From Callorhinchus milii (taxonomy: Eukaryota), in contig NW_024704766.1 in assembly GCF_018977255.1 (NCBI RefSeq), forward strand, positions 5,580,001 through 5,644,000: DNA of 64,000 nucleotides, written 5' to 3'. Below, piece by piece: positions 39,601-52,896 of this stretch. The notes beneath the pieces are model-generated. The model saw only the letters and a program-made list of their open reading frames with translations. It was not told where the DNA came from and did no database searches. Positions within the stretch are counted from its first letter, which is position 1. Each line of letters opens with the position of its first letter. Both the position numbers and the translations under genes were made by a program.

Positions 39601-42600
39601 CGGGAGGACGTCCCAAGGCGCTGTACAGTTGGGTCAGGACCCAAGCAGTGGGGAAATGGTCAGGGTGAGGGGAGGGAAGGGAGGGAGCGAGGAGGGGGAA
39701 ATGGTCAGGGTGAGGGGAGGGAAGGGAGGGAGCGAGGAGGGGGAAATGGTCAGGGTGAGGGGAGGGAGGGAAGGGAGCGAGGAGGGGGAAATGGTCAGGG
39801 TGAGGGGAGGGAAGGGAGGGAGCGAGGAGGGGGTAGAGAGTCGAGAGTGGAGCTGAAGGCTCGGTCAAAGAGAAAGGTCTTGAGACCGGCCTTGAAGGAG
39901 GAAAGGGAGGAAGCGGCGAAGGCACTGGGGGATGGAGTTCCAGAGCCGAGGTTAGGGTTAGGACTGTGTGATCATGACAGAATCCGGTACAAAGTCTGAA
40001 ACCCACACAGTCGGTCTGCTTCCTCGTAAAATCCCAGACTTTGAACTTTCCCTTTTTAATCACAAAGGGGCCACGGCAGCGCTAGTCAGTGATGCATTGA
40101 AGCTTTCAGTTCTGTTTAGTTACAGGATATTATAATCCTCATTGAGGCCACTACTCAGTAGAAGCATTTGGATATAAAGGAGAAGTCACTTGCTGGCACA
40201 CAGACTTTTTTTTTACTGTACGGTCTGCCCGGCTGCACTCACGTGATACACCATGATCAAATTTAAAGTGGTAAAAAGTAAGTAAGGAAATGCTGTATGT
40301 ACAAATCTGCATGTGTTCGTTCTAGAATTAATCAAAACTTGGCACTTTTCACCCTCTGTCTGAAAGTGTAAGAATGCCGTAGAAATTTTGGAACCTTTTA
40401 AAGAAACTTTTGAGAAACTTTTCAAATTTGTAACCAGGTGCTTTTCAAGAACCGTGGAAAAGAGGCTCCTGAATTAACAACAACAACAACAAGATTCCTT
40501 TTATAGAGCGCCTTTCATGTCGGGAGGACGTCCCAAGGCGCTGTACAGTTGGGTCAGGACCCGAGCATTGGGGGGAAATGGTCAGGGTGAGGGGAGGGAA
40601 GGGAGGGAGCGAGGAGGGGGAAATGGTCAGGGTGAGGGGAGGGAAGGGAGGGAGCGAGGAGGGGGTAGAGAGTCGAGAGGGGAGCTGAAGGCTCGGTCAA
40701 AGAGAAAGGTCTTGAGACCGGCCTTGAAGGAGGAAAGGGAGGAAGCGGCGAAGGCACTGGAGGATGGAGTTCCAGAGCCTCGGGGCTGAGAGGCTGAAGG
40801 CCCGGCCACCAATGGTCGGGCGGTTGGGGCGAGGGATGTGAAGCAGACCGGAGCCAGAGGAACGGAGGGTACGGGCAGGTAGGTAGGGGGATAGTAGGTT
40901 GGAGAGGTAGGAGGGAGCAAGGCCGTGAATGGCCTTGTAGGTGAGGACGAGGATCTTGAATTCGATCCTCTGGGGGATGGGGAGCCAGTGGAGGCGAGCG
41001 AGGGTGGGAGTGATGTGGTCCGGTGTCTGGTGCGGGACAGTACACGAGCTGCAGAGTTCTGAATGACCTGCAGCTTGTGGAGGGAGGGCTGGAAAGGCCG
41101 GCGAGGAGAGAGTTCCCACAGTCCAGCCTTGAGGTGTATTATAATAATAATAATAATCCTTGCATTTGATATGGCACCTTATCACATCGTTGAGACGTCT
41201 CAAAGCGCTTCACAGGATGTACTGTGAAATGAATTGATTGTATTTTGTGGGTGAAACGCGGCAGCCAATTGTGCACAGCAGCGTCCCACAAACAATCATG
41301 GATTGAGTGACCAAGGTATTATTTCTTAGTTCATTTTTTTGAACGGATTATTACCCCCAGAAAAGCTATCTGCCAATCGACTAAAACCGGGTTCCTTCTT
41401 AATTAAGATGAAATTTAAACACAAAGCATAACAAATATCCATTATTTGTATGTCAGTCTCAGTCACTCTGTAGACACACGTATAAATACAATACATAAAT
41501 AAATGTGGACGGTATATTGACAGCATGATAACTTAAGTAAGTGGTAGTGACAGGTTAAGCCAGGGTTGAGTTATCATGATTACTGTATGACTAATTCCAT
41601 TTAAATCCTGCTGAATTCTTGCTCAAATACAATACAAATTTTGTACAAATAGTACAACCAGGAGTCTTGAAGCAAGAGAGACCTGGGTTTGGTTCCCGGC
41701 AGGGGGAAATGTTGGGCAAGTTTCCTTACTCCACACTCCCCTGTTTACAGTAAGTAGGAACCCAGTTGTTAGTCGATTGGCGGATCACTTTTCCAGGGGT
41801 AATAATTCCTTAAAATAAAAATAATAATAAATTGGTCACTCAATCTAGGACTGTGTGTGCAATTGTCTGCTGAGTTTCACCCACAAAATATCCAGTTAAT
41901 TCACTTTACAGTATATTCGGTGAAGCGCTTTGAGACGTCTCAAAGACATGATAAGGCGCTGTATCAAATGCAAGGATTATTATTATTAAACTTTGACTGG
42001 GGACTGCAATTATTTCTCAAGGCCGTGTATCCTTTTTAATGACATATGTATGTATCTTTTACTAGTCTTGAAGCAACTGTTTCGCAACACAGAAAAGGAA
42101 CCAGTATATTACAGCAGGAAAAAGGGACTGGAATGTATTGCTCCGCTGATGACAACTGTGGAGGAAACTCCAGAACCAGTTACAGCGACAGTCAAAGGCA
42201 AAATTCCAAACTGGTTAAGAGGCAACTTCCTGAGAAACGGTCCTGGAAAATTTGAGTTTGGAAATGAAAGTATGTGTTGAATTCGATTTGAAAGTCTTGG
42301 AGTCCTGTAGTTCAGTGGTTGGAGCACTCGCCTCGCGAGCGAGAGGACCCGGGTCGATTCCCGGGTCGGGCGAAACGTTTACTGTTTACCAAGCAGATTC
42401 TTCGAGCAATTGGATGTTTCTTGGATCGTTAGTCGATCAGCAGATTGCATTCCCGGGGGTACTAATCCCTTCCAAAAATAATAAAAATAGCAGTTTGATC
42501 ACTCAATCCATGACTGTTTATGCGACTCCGCTGTGCGCAATTGGCTGCCGTGTTTTGCCCACAAAATACACAGTCACTTCACCTTACAGTATATTGTGTG

Positions 42601-45600
42601 AAGCGCTTTGAGACGTGTCGGCGCTGTATCAAATGCAAGAATTAATATTTATTATTGGGTGGGTGCTCAGGAAAGATGAAACTAAATGGGTTGAAGGGAC
42701 CTTCTGAATCTATCGAATATACAGATCTGATGAGCATTGGATTCAGTTGTATGACTATCCCAAACAGCAATGCAGTCTGTTACACTGGTGGTCGATTAAC
42801 TCTTTAGGTACAACCACTGGTTTGATGGCATGGCGCTCATGCACCAGTTCAGAATTGCCGAGGGCAGCGTCACCTACATGAGCAAGTTCCTCCGCAGCGA
42901 ATCGTACAAGACCAACAGCGCCTACAACCGCATCATGGTGTCAGAGTTTGGAACGCTTGCCATGCCAGACCCCTGCAAGAGCATCTTCGAACGCTTTATG
43001 AGTCGATTTGAAATGTTAAGTACGTTCAGTACCCCATTGCTCTCTAAACGCATCGTTCTTTGACGCCGCATGAAAGATTAAAGGATGTTTTCTGATAACA
43101 CTTTTGTTTTGTTTAAAGAACCGACTGACAACGACAATGTGAACTTTGTCCTGTACAAAGGTGACTACTATGTGAGCACTGAGACTAATTTCATGCATAA
43201 AGTCAACCCGAATACCCTTGAAACAGGAGAGAAGGTAAGCTTGACTCAATTGCTTGCTCCTCTTTGACTTGCTCTGCTGGTACCAAGTGGATTGATTGAC
43301 TTTGTGAGCAATTCTTGACTTTCAAAAGCCTTTACGGTCTCTCCTCTGCCTAGTTCTCGTCCAGCTCCATTCCCCAGCCCCCACTCTCTGATCCAGGAGT
43401 ACAGCTCATTCCTCAATGCCTTTCCCCCAAAAAACTGTAACCTTCTGGAACCCTCTTCCAAAATCCTTTCTCTCCCTCCTTCTTTAAAACCCTCCGAAAA
43501 ACTTATCCTTTCTGTTTTCTCACTCGGTGATTGCTATCATATGCTAAGGAGTGAGATCAAGAGACATTTTTTCACACTGGAATCTGGAATTCTCCCTCTT
43601 TCCCAAAGTCTGTGGATACAGGATCTGATCAAAATTTTCAAGACTGAGGTGGATAGATTTTGTTAGGTCAGGGATATAAGGCAAAGGTAATTGGAGTTGA
43701 GGTACGGATCATCCATAATTTAATAGAATGGCGGAACAGGCTTGAGGGGCTGAATGACCTTCTCCCGTTCCTATGTTCCTGTTCAGCACTTTGTGAAAGG
43801 TGCTTATCTAAGCTGTTGGCAAACGAAGGCTTCTGATTATATTCCATTGAGTGTTTTTCCTCAGAAACCCAAGGTGAAACACCGCTTTAGCTCCAATTCT
43901 CTCAAAAATTGTGAAAAACAAGTACAGTTCAATGCAATAGATATAACATTTAAAAATAGTTTCTTACATAATACTGAAGGATTTGGCTTTTTTGACATTT
44001 TTAGTTTAAACAGATGTGTTTCTGTTGACGTGGTTTCATTATTTTGTGATTTTTGGCCTCAGGATATCAGAGCCAATTTTCAGACCAAGTGAGCTGTCAG
44101 GCTTTGCTGTTTATGCCTTAACCTTCTGGAGGCCAGGAGCCTGGATCTAACAAAGGAGTGGGTGAGGTGGGAGGACATCTCAAAGCACTTCATAGAATTT
44201 TACTGTAAACTGTAGTGACCGTATTTGTAATAACAGCAACAAGTTACATTTATAGAGAGCTCTTTACGCAGGGTATCATCCCGGAGCACTTGAGACTTGT
44301 AGGCGAGGAATGGTAAAGAACAGGGAATTGGAATTAGCTCCAGTGGAGGAACAAGAACCTACACAAACACTGAAGTGAATGATCTCTTTGTCTTATAGCA
44401 GCCCCAGTGCTATCCTGCCTCAGCAAACAGTCTGGCGCTTTATTAATGCACGTTGTAAATAAATTGTGGCATTGGTTTGTCTGTGCTCCTAGGTTGACTG
44501 GAGCAAATACATTGCAGTAAATGGAGCAACAGCCCATCCACATTATGACCCTGATGGAACTAGCTACAACATGGGCAATTCATACGGCAAAAATGGTATG
44601 TTTATAATAATAATAATAATCCTACATTTATTATAGCATCTCTCAAAGCGCTTCACAGGAAATACTGTAAAGTGAATTGACTGTATATGTTGTGGGTGAA
44701 ACGCGGCAGCCAATTGCGCACAGCAGCGTCCCACAAACTCATAATACTCCCTCAATTTTATATTTTGAGGGATCATGCCTCCAGAAAGCGATCCACCAAT
44801 CGAATAACAACCGGGTTCCTACTTACTGCAAGGTAAACAGAGGCGTATTCAGTAAGGAAACTTGCCTAAGGTTTCGTCCCGCCCAAATTGAACCCGTGTT
44901 TTCTCGCTTGCGAGACCACTATGCTACAGAACTCTCATCATATAATATACAGCATAAAGGAATATTTAAATCACTGAGAGGACTTCCAGGCAACCCTACT
45001 CTTGCATTATAATTTGCAACATCTTCTACTTCCTCAAGATCCTCAATTTCCAGCCAGTGTAAAAAGGCTGGAAATCGAAGTCATGAAACAAAGAAAGTTC
45101 ACTGCCTTGTAATAGTGACAAACACAGCATTTCCTTAACAAATACAAACTACAAGATTTCAGGACAAAGGCATTTTATGGGTGCAATGGATCCCATCCTA
45201 TTTGTGTTCGGAGCCCTTGCAAAATGGGAAATTTCCATTCCGATCGGGATTACGACTCTACAAAAGAGGAATTTGCTGAGCCGTAAGTGAGAAAATGAGA
45301 ATCTCTTTGAACTTTAGGCGTAAGTGATGTTTAGTGATTTGCAAGATTATCGTCTTTGAAGCGGCCCTTTGTAAACTTGTCAAAGCAATCGTTTCCAATC
45401 AAGCCACAACGTGCAGTCAGTCGGCTTTGTTCATGTTCGTGGTATTGGCTCATTTGTGAGTGTTATTACCAGATTACATCTGACTCATCAGTTTTTGGCT
45501 TAGCTATCCTCTGCAATGCAGTTCAGCCCAAATCTCTCCTGTTCATTGGTGGAAACTGCTTTGTTTGGAAATTCCAAAAGCTAAATTTATGGACATCTCA

Positions 45601-48600
45601 ATTGTAAAAGGTCTTTCTCAATGAGTATCTTGTTTCCCCATTTGACTCTCCACGAACTCCAATTCATCCAAAGCTCTGCCGTCCACATTCTCTCCCACTC
45701 TGTACACCCAGAACCCTCGTGCTTCCATCGAGCCCTCCGCCTTGCCCACCCCCCTCCCCGCCTTCAAATCCCACCTAAAGACCTCCCGTGCTTACGGTCA
45801 CCTTTCCCTTGGCTCGTTGGCAGACCCTCCACCATTGTGAAATGCTCCTGGACGCTCCCCTGCGTGAAGGGCACTATATAAGTGCATGTTGTTGCTGTTG
45901 TTGCAGGTACGATGTACAACATTATCGAGGTTCCTGTGCAGAAGTCAGAAGATGAGGACAAACTCGAGGGGGCCAGAATTGTGTGTAGTATCCCACCACA
46001 GGATAAGATGCGACCTTCCTATTACCACAGCTTCGGTACGTGTTGACTGCTTGTAGCTAAGTTTAGAGAATGCTCGGAGTTATGTCTTAATTCGCTGAGA
46101 AAATTGGACTCAATATTTTTGCAGCCTGAAATACATTTCTATATTAGGTTCATAATGTGTATCACAGGGCTTTATTTTTAAAATTGACTGAGGACTCAGG
46201 CTTTAACCATAACCAATTTCACAAAGCGTTACCAGAGAGGCGAATAATTCATGTGTGTTGCCTTGCCACACAACTCAAATGCAATTAAAAGTCACATTGC
46301 ATTTTCCAAGCAAAACAAGTCACTGTGGAGCCCTGTAGCTCAGTGGATTTGCCTCGCAAGTGAGGGGACACGGGTTCAATTCCCAGGCAAAACCTTAGGC
46401 AAGTTTCCTTACTGAATACACCTCTGTTTAACTCGCAGTAAGTAGGAAGTTGTTAGTCCATTGGCAGATGGATTTTGCGGGGCTAATAATGCCTCCAAAA
46501 GTCACTCAATCCACGAATATTGTTGGACGCTGCTGTGGGCAATTGGCTGCAGCATTTCACCCACAAAATATACAGTCAATTCACTTTACAATACATACTG
46601 TGAAGCGCTTTGAGACGTCTTGAAGACATGATAAGACGCTGTATCAAATTATTATTATTGAATCGTAAGGGGTCGACTGTTTTCAGCTCTGTACCTTTTT
46701 TAGANTTTTTTTTGACGCTGCACAGCACTGCACCAATCAGAAAGCGGCATTAACTCTTCACGTGCTCTCCATAACAGGAATGTCCAAAAACTACATCATC
46801 TTCATTGAGCAACCGTTGAAGATTAATATCATGAAAATTCTCACAGCCAAGTTAAGAGGAAAAAGCTTGAGCTCGGCGCTCACTTGGGAACCAGAGACCA
46901 ACACCGTTATCCACGTGGCTCATAAACACACGGGGCAGGTACTTTACTGACCCTTTTCACCTCTAAAGTAATAACAACTTGGTCACTCAATCCACGGCTG
47001 TTTGTGGTGACGCTGCTGTGCGCAATTGGCTGCTGCGTTTCTCCCACAAAATATACAGTCAATTCACTTTACAGTATATCCTGTGAAGCGCTTTGAGACG
47101 TCTCAATGACGTGATAAGGTGGTATATCAAATGCAAGGATTATTTTTTTATTATTACAAAATACAGTCACCATGCTTCACAGTGAAGCCTATTTTAGATG
47201 TCCTCCTGACATGAAAGATGTTATTTAAATGTAAGCATTATTATTATATCTGTTAAATCGAATTTTTAACACAGGGCGAAAGAAATGGACTGAATAGACC
47301 ATTGGAAATTTAAGTTTGCTGAAGTCGAGGCTTGTAAGATACTTAACCCCAAGCCTTGGCTTGGTCAGTCGGAGGCACCCTATTTCGGATGAGACATTAA
47401 GCTCAGATGGTACATTAAGGATCCTATGACAGTATTTACAAGGAGAAGGGAGTTCTCCATGTGGAAGACTGGTACACAATGATTCTACAATGATCTAAAA
47501 CTCCGCCGCCCGCATACTCGCCCGTGCTAAACTTCATACCCATGTCACACCAGTTCTAGCCGGGCTCCACTAGCTCTCGATCGCCAAACGGATCGATTTC
47601 AAAATCCTCACGCTCGTTTTCAAGCCCCTTCACGCCCTGGCACCTCCCTGCCTCTCCGACCTGCTTACTTACCCCCCAAAACCACTACCCTCTGCCTCCG
47701 CTCGACTGGCTCCGGCCTCCTGCATGTCCCTCGTGCCCTCCGTTTCACCAATGGTGGCCACGGTTTCAGCCACTGCGCCCCGAAACTCTGGAACACTCTC
47801 CCGCTATCCCTCGACCTTGCCCCTTCCTTCCCCATTTTCAGGTCGCGCCTGAAGACAACAACAACAAACAGCAAATTACATTTGTGTAGCGCCTTTCACG
47901 TCAGGAGGACGATCTTCCAATTCGACCGTGCCTACGGTCACCTCCCCCCACCGGCTCGGTGTTGTGCCCTGCCACTGTCAAGCGCTTTGCGACGCTGCCC
48001 TGCATGAGGGTCGCTGTGTAAATGCAAATTGTAGTTGTTGTTGTGCACTCTCATTTCCATGGTTTGAATAGAATAAAAGCCAGAGGCAGAATGAATGTGT
48101 AAAGTATAATTTAGGGCTTCCTGCCTCATGTTATTTGGATGCTGGAAGTGAAATGGCTTAACTCCAGCATTATGAGCAAAGGCATGGAAGTATTCACTGG
48201 TTCACATGAAGCAATAACAGATTAACTGTCCAAAACACTGGCAAGGATTGAATTATTTTGGTGACACTGTAAATTGCCATTTTGTTTCAGATATGGATAA
48301 CATAACAACAACAACAACAACAAGATTCCATTTATAGAGCGTCTTTCACGTCGGGAGAACGTCCCAAGGCGCTGTACAGTTGGGTCAGGACCCGAGCATT
48401 GGGGGGAAATGGTCAGGGTGAGGGGAGGGAAGGGAGGGAGCGAGGAGGGGGTAGAGAGTCGAGAGGGGAGCTGAAGGCACGGTCAAAGAGAAAGGTCTTG
48501 AGACCGACCTTGAAGGAGGAAAGGGAGGAGGCGGCGAAGGCACTGGGGGATAGAGTTCCAGAGTCATAACATAACATAACATAACATAACATAACATAAC

Positions 48601-51600
48601 ATAACATAACATAACATAACATAACATGCAGGAGCAAGAGTAGGCCATTCGGCCCTTCGAGCCTGCCCCGCCATTCAATCATGGCTGATCTTCTAAAATA
48701 ATAAAGAAGACTGTGAATGAATAAATCAGTGTGTTTTGACAGACTGATTAACCCTGCAATTAAGGCCTGTTTGAATTATTAACCAGGGTTTATTTGAAAA
48801 TTTCTTTGCAGATACTTCCTGTGAAATATTACTCCAAACCGCTTACAACTTTCCACCAGATCAACGCCTTTGAAGACAATGGATTTATTGTCTTCGATCT
48901 TTGCAGTTTCGACGACGGAAATATTGTGCACACTTTAACTATGCAAAACCTGCACAAATCTGGAGAGGCACTGGACGAGGCAACCATTTGACTTCTTCTT
49001 TTGATTGGTTTGAATGTTAACCCTGCAAGCCACAGAGGGTAGGGTGGTCCTAGGTGGACAAGCTCCGGGAAAGCTTGCCAGACAGTGCTTTCAATGGTTA
49101 GCTGGTTAGACTCCAGCAGTTACCCCCAACGCACACTCTGGGCTTCCCCAAAAACCTTGGTTCTTGCCAACCTGCGCTTAATACTTTCCAAAATTAGGTT
49201 AAGCGGATGCATCCCTCCAGAGAGAGAGAGAGGGGGAGAGAGCGCATTCCATTCCAACAATCTCTCTCTAGGATTTCCATGTGTAGGAGGGATGTCTGGA
49301 AATCTCAGCTTCATTTGGAAACTCTTAAGCAACAATGATGGATTTCCGCGTGTGTCAGACACCCGGCTGACCCCACCCAACAAAAAAATACTTGGAAGCA
49401 ACAATTTGAATTTATGTAGCGCACTTCACACAGAATAATGCTTCAGAGTTCTTTATATTGGCGGTGTGGACACTGAGTATTGGAGGAGGGGAGGGGGGAG
49501 TGGGGGAGAGAAACACTGACAGAGACAGATACTGAGGGGAGGGGTCAGCAGGGTTGAGTTTCCAAAGGTTAGGGGCGTAGAATTGGAAAGTTTGACCACT
49601 GATGGTGGTGCGTGTAGAGTTGGGAAACGTGTAGCAAGTCTGAGTTAGTGGTGGGAGCAGAGGAGTGGAGTAGGAGAGACGTTGTCACAATATGTTGTCA
49701 TATTAAATGGTTACTGATCTGTAAAATATGTGGGGTTGGGAAGGCATTATTTTGCAGTTCCGAGATGCGTCCTAATGCTTTCGAATTTATTTTGTCTTTC
49801 AGCTGTACAACACAATTCCCAAGCCAACCCCGATCAGGTTTGTTTTACCGTTGAGCATCAAATCAGACACACCGATTGAGCAGAACCTGAACACTTTGCC
49901 TTACAGCACTGCCGTTGCAATCAGAAAAGCTGATGGAAAAGTATGTTTGTAGTTAAACAACAACAACAATTTGCACTTACATAGCACCCTCCACCAGGGA
50001 GCGTCTCAGAGTGCTTAACGGTAGCGGAGCCTGACTCCGATCCGGGGGTGGTGTGAGCAGGTAGCTGTAAGCGCGGTCGAAGAGGAAGGTTTTCAGGCAG
50101 GACTTGAAAAATGGGAGAGAGGGGGCAAGGTGGAGGGATTGAGGGAGAGCGTTCCAGAGTTTTGGGGCTTAATGGCTGAAAGTGCGACCTCCGATGGTGA
50201 GGCGGAGGGTGCGAGGGACGAGCAGGAGCTGGTGCCAGTTCTGCTGAGGCACCGCGGGTGGATTGGGGAGTCAGGAGGTCGGAGAAGGTGAGAGGTGCCA
50301 GGGAGTGAAGGGATTTGAACACGAGTGAGCATCTTGAAGTCGATCCGTTTGGTGATGGGGAGCCAGTGGAGCCTGGGCCAGAACTGGGGAGATGGGGGTT
50401 AATTCAATGCAGAGGCGCCATTTACTCACCGAGTATCATTCCCCGGTGGGACAACATAGTCGCATGAAATATTTGGGGAGTTGTTTGTTTATGGTTAATT
50501 CACTACCAAAGACAGTACTTGATCTCACAGTACACGATACAAAAGGCAATCCACTTTAAGATTGCACCATGATCCTTGTTTTTATGCATTATTAGTTTTA
50601 GTAGGTCCTTCAAAACAAAAATAAATAGACTGGTCGCTTAATTGCTGCTGCGTTTCCCCCACAAAATAAAGAATCAATTCACTTTACTGTAACCTTTGAG
50701 ATGTCTCAACAAATGATGGGGCACTATATCTAACGCAAGGATTATTATTATTATTATTATTATTATTATCAAACTCCGAGAAGGATGGGTGAAGTGCGGT
50801 GAAGAGGAACCTATTGATTTTGTTCCCGCAGATCTGGTGCAAGTCCGAGAACCTATACGATGCTGATATGATGCATGAAGTCAACCTGGAGTTCCCACAG
50901 ATTAACTACAAATCGTACAACACAAAAAAATACACTTTCCTCTATGGCTGCGGACTAAGCAGTTTGATTCCGACTTCTCTCCTAAAGCTGGATGTCAACA
51001 CAAAGGAACTGAAGGTGTGAATGTTAGTCTTCCAGCCTGTCGGGATATGGCGCCTCGCAACTGGAAACAAACTCCTCGGGAAGTAAAATCCATCTCCTCC
51101 AGGCAGCCGTGTGTGATCCACACTGTTCCTTTAAAATGTTTTAAGATATCATTAATGTCTCTTAGCATAGTGGTTAGAGCGCTCTCCTCACAAGCGAGAG
51201 GACCCGGGTTCGATTCCAGGGCGGGGTGAAACCATAGGCAGGTTTCCTTACTCCACACACCTTACCAGCAGTAAGTAGGAACCTGGTTGTTAGTCGATTG
51301 GTGGATTGTTTCCTGGAGTTAATAATCCCTCAAAAAAAAATTTCAGATTGGTCACTCAAAGATTGGTCACTCAATCCACGACTGTTTGTGGGACACTGCT
51401 GTGCGCAATTGGCTGCTGTGTGGAAAGTCAATGCACTTTACATTATATTCTGTGAAGCGCTTTGAGACGACATCTCAATGATGTGATAAGGCACTATATC
51501 AAATGCAAGGATTTTTATTAGAATTATAGTCCTACATGAAAGGCGCTATATAAACTCACACTCTTGCAAAACACGACCCCACTTTCCAGATAACCATTTC

Positions 51601-52896
51601 CTTGGGGAAAATGCTTGTTCCTTCAGCGTAGTTTCCACCGGGTCTCCAAAGTGCAGCGCTGTTTGTGGTTTCTTCACTGAATCTCTCTGATCTTCTCAGG
51701 TGTGGAAGGAGGAAGGCTACTACCCCTCAGAGCCTATCTTTGTTCCGTCTCCTCAAGGCACCGAAGAAGATGACGGGGTGATCTTATCCACAGTGCTTTC
51801 ACCTAACCAGGTAACTGGAAACCAACTTAGAATCACAGAATCATGTGAAGTCCTGTAGCTCAGTGGTTAGAGCACTCGCCTCGCAAGCGAGACACCTGGG
51901 TTCAATTCCAGGCAGGGTGAATCCTTGGGCAAGTTTTGTTACTCCACACGCCTGATAATAATCGCTCCATAAAACAAAACAATAATAAATTGGTCATTTT
52001 CGATCCACGACTGTTTGTGGGACACTGCTGTGCGCAATTGGCTGCTGCATTTTGCCCACAATATACGGTCAATTCACTTTACAATGTATTCTGTGAAGCG
52101 CTTTGAGACGTCTAGAAGAGTGAAAAACGCTATATCAAATGCAAGGATTATTATTATTATTAATCCTACAACACAAAAAGCAGCCATTTGGCCCATTGTG
52201 CCTGTGCCGGCTCTTTGAAAGAGCTACCAACTAGTCCCACTCCCCCATAGTTCTTGCACATTTAATTCAGATTGGAGAGGATACTAGCAAATAACAGTTA
52301 AATCCGGGTTAAATCCATTTATGATGCCTTACCCTTTCCCTTTAAATCCATCTTCGTACAATACAGTCAGTTCGCAACCCCAAAAATACACAGTCACTTC
52401 ATTTGGTAGCAACCCCCTGTGAAAAGTTTCAGAATTATAGGCAAATAGAAGGACATAGAAACATAGGAATGGGAGGAGGCCATTCAGCCTCTTGAGCCTG
52501 CCCCACCATTCATGGCTGATCTGTACCTCAACTCCAATCACCCGCTCGCTTGCCCTATATCCCTTAATACCCCCTGACCTAACAAATTTCTATCTATCTC
52601 CGTCTTGAAGAGAGATCTTTTCTCCTCTCTTGCTGTCACGAATCGCGATACGTTGTCTCTGTGATCCATTCCACGTCCCCAATTGCTAACATCATGAATC
52701 GTAATTATTCTCAAACTGGGATTTCTCTCTCTCTCTCTCTATCTGTCTCTCTCTCTCTATAAACATCACTCTGTTGCCTTGTCAGGACAAGAACTTCCTG
52801 CTTGTGCTGGACGCAAAGAGCTTCACTGAGGTTAGCAGGGCCGAGGTACCCATCCAGATTCCCTTCGGATTTCATGGAGTCTTCACCCAGCGCTAG
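32898..52896 (+). CDS. bco2: Beta-carotene 9',10'-oxygenase; exons 32898-32937, 42066-42269, 42808-43019, 43119-43234, 44493-44595, 45907-46035, 46778-46938, 48812-48979, 49803-49940, 50832-51014, 51700-51810, 52786-52896
   Basis: Carotenoid-oxygenase motifs [38 protein letters not shown] and PSEPIFVP, plus four Fe-ligand histidines (TAHPH, YYHSF, FHQIN, GFHG). Exon 1 is less certain, and there is a 1-nt phase conflict at exon 2/3. AATAAA at 53705. Confidence 0.93.
34790..36820 (+). mobile_element. Degenerate L2-clade LINE with reverse transcriptase remnant in bco2 intron 1
   Basis: [45 protein letters not shown] and [15 protein letters not shown], broken by frameshifts; (TTG)n tails. Confidence 0.93.
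38143..38465 (+). mobile_element. Full-length young SINE
   Basis: Same structure as above. Other family copies lie at about 8630-9003(-), 28095-28480(-), 32163-32470(+), 42298-42655(+), 44605-44935(-), 46325-46660(+), 51165-51520(+), 51846-52160(+), 56505-56870(+), 59605-59935(+) and 62790-63150(+), plus many headless fragments. Confidence 0.92.
38550..39390 (-). mobile_element. L2 LINE 3' fragment
   Basis: [15 protein letters not shown] and [11 protein letters not shown] remnants with the shared 3' tail. Confidence 0.85.
39555..39950 (-). mobile_element. Young L2 3' end with four 45-bp G-rich units
   Basis: aaatggtcagggtgagg... recurs at 39654, 39699, 39744 and 39789; nearly identical to 40476-40780. 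Confidence 0.9.
40476..41135 (-). mobile_element. Young 5'-truncated L2 with ORF2 C-terminus and two 45-bp units
   Basis: [39 protein letters not shown]...[10 protein letters not shown]. Confidence 0.92.
43545..43782 (+). mobile_element. CR1-clade LINE 3' end
   Basis: ggaatctggaattctctc...tttcaagactgaggtggatagatttt...aggcttgaggggctgaatgacct...cctatgttcct. Related CR1 ends are at about 4410, 7480, 10876, 13260, 21900, 34203, 52165, 52455 and 57210. Confidence 0.8.
48303..48563 (-). mobile_element. Young L2 3' end with one 45-bp unit, abutting a CR1 end that has a (CATAA)n tail at 48565-48627
   Basis: Same sequence family as 39555-39950. Confidence 0.88.
49020..49235 (+). repeat. Unclassified dispersed repeat of about 200 bp (other copies 15245-15450 minus, 58230-58440 plus)
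   Basis: Shared core ggaaagcttgccagacag...ggttagactccagcagttaccccaacgcacac...gccaacctgcgctt...aattaggt-aagcggatgc. Confidence 0.8.

Noticed and set aside
46705-46705. Single ambiguous base n
   Set aside because: An assembly ambiguity in an intron; it only signals imperfect base accuracy.
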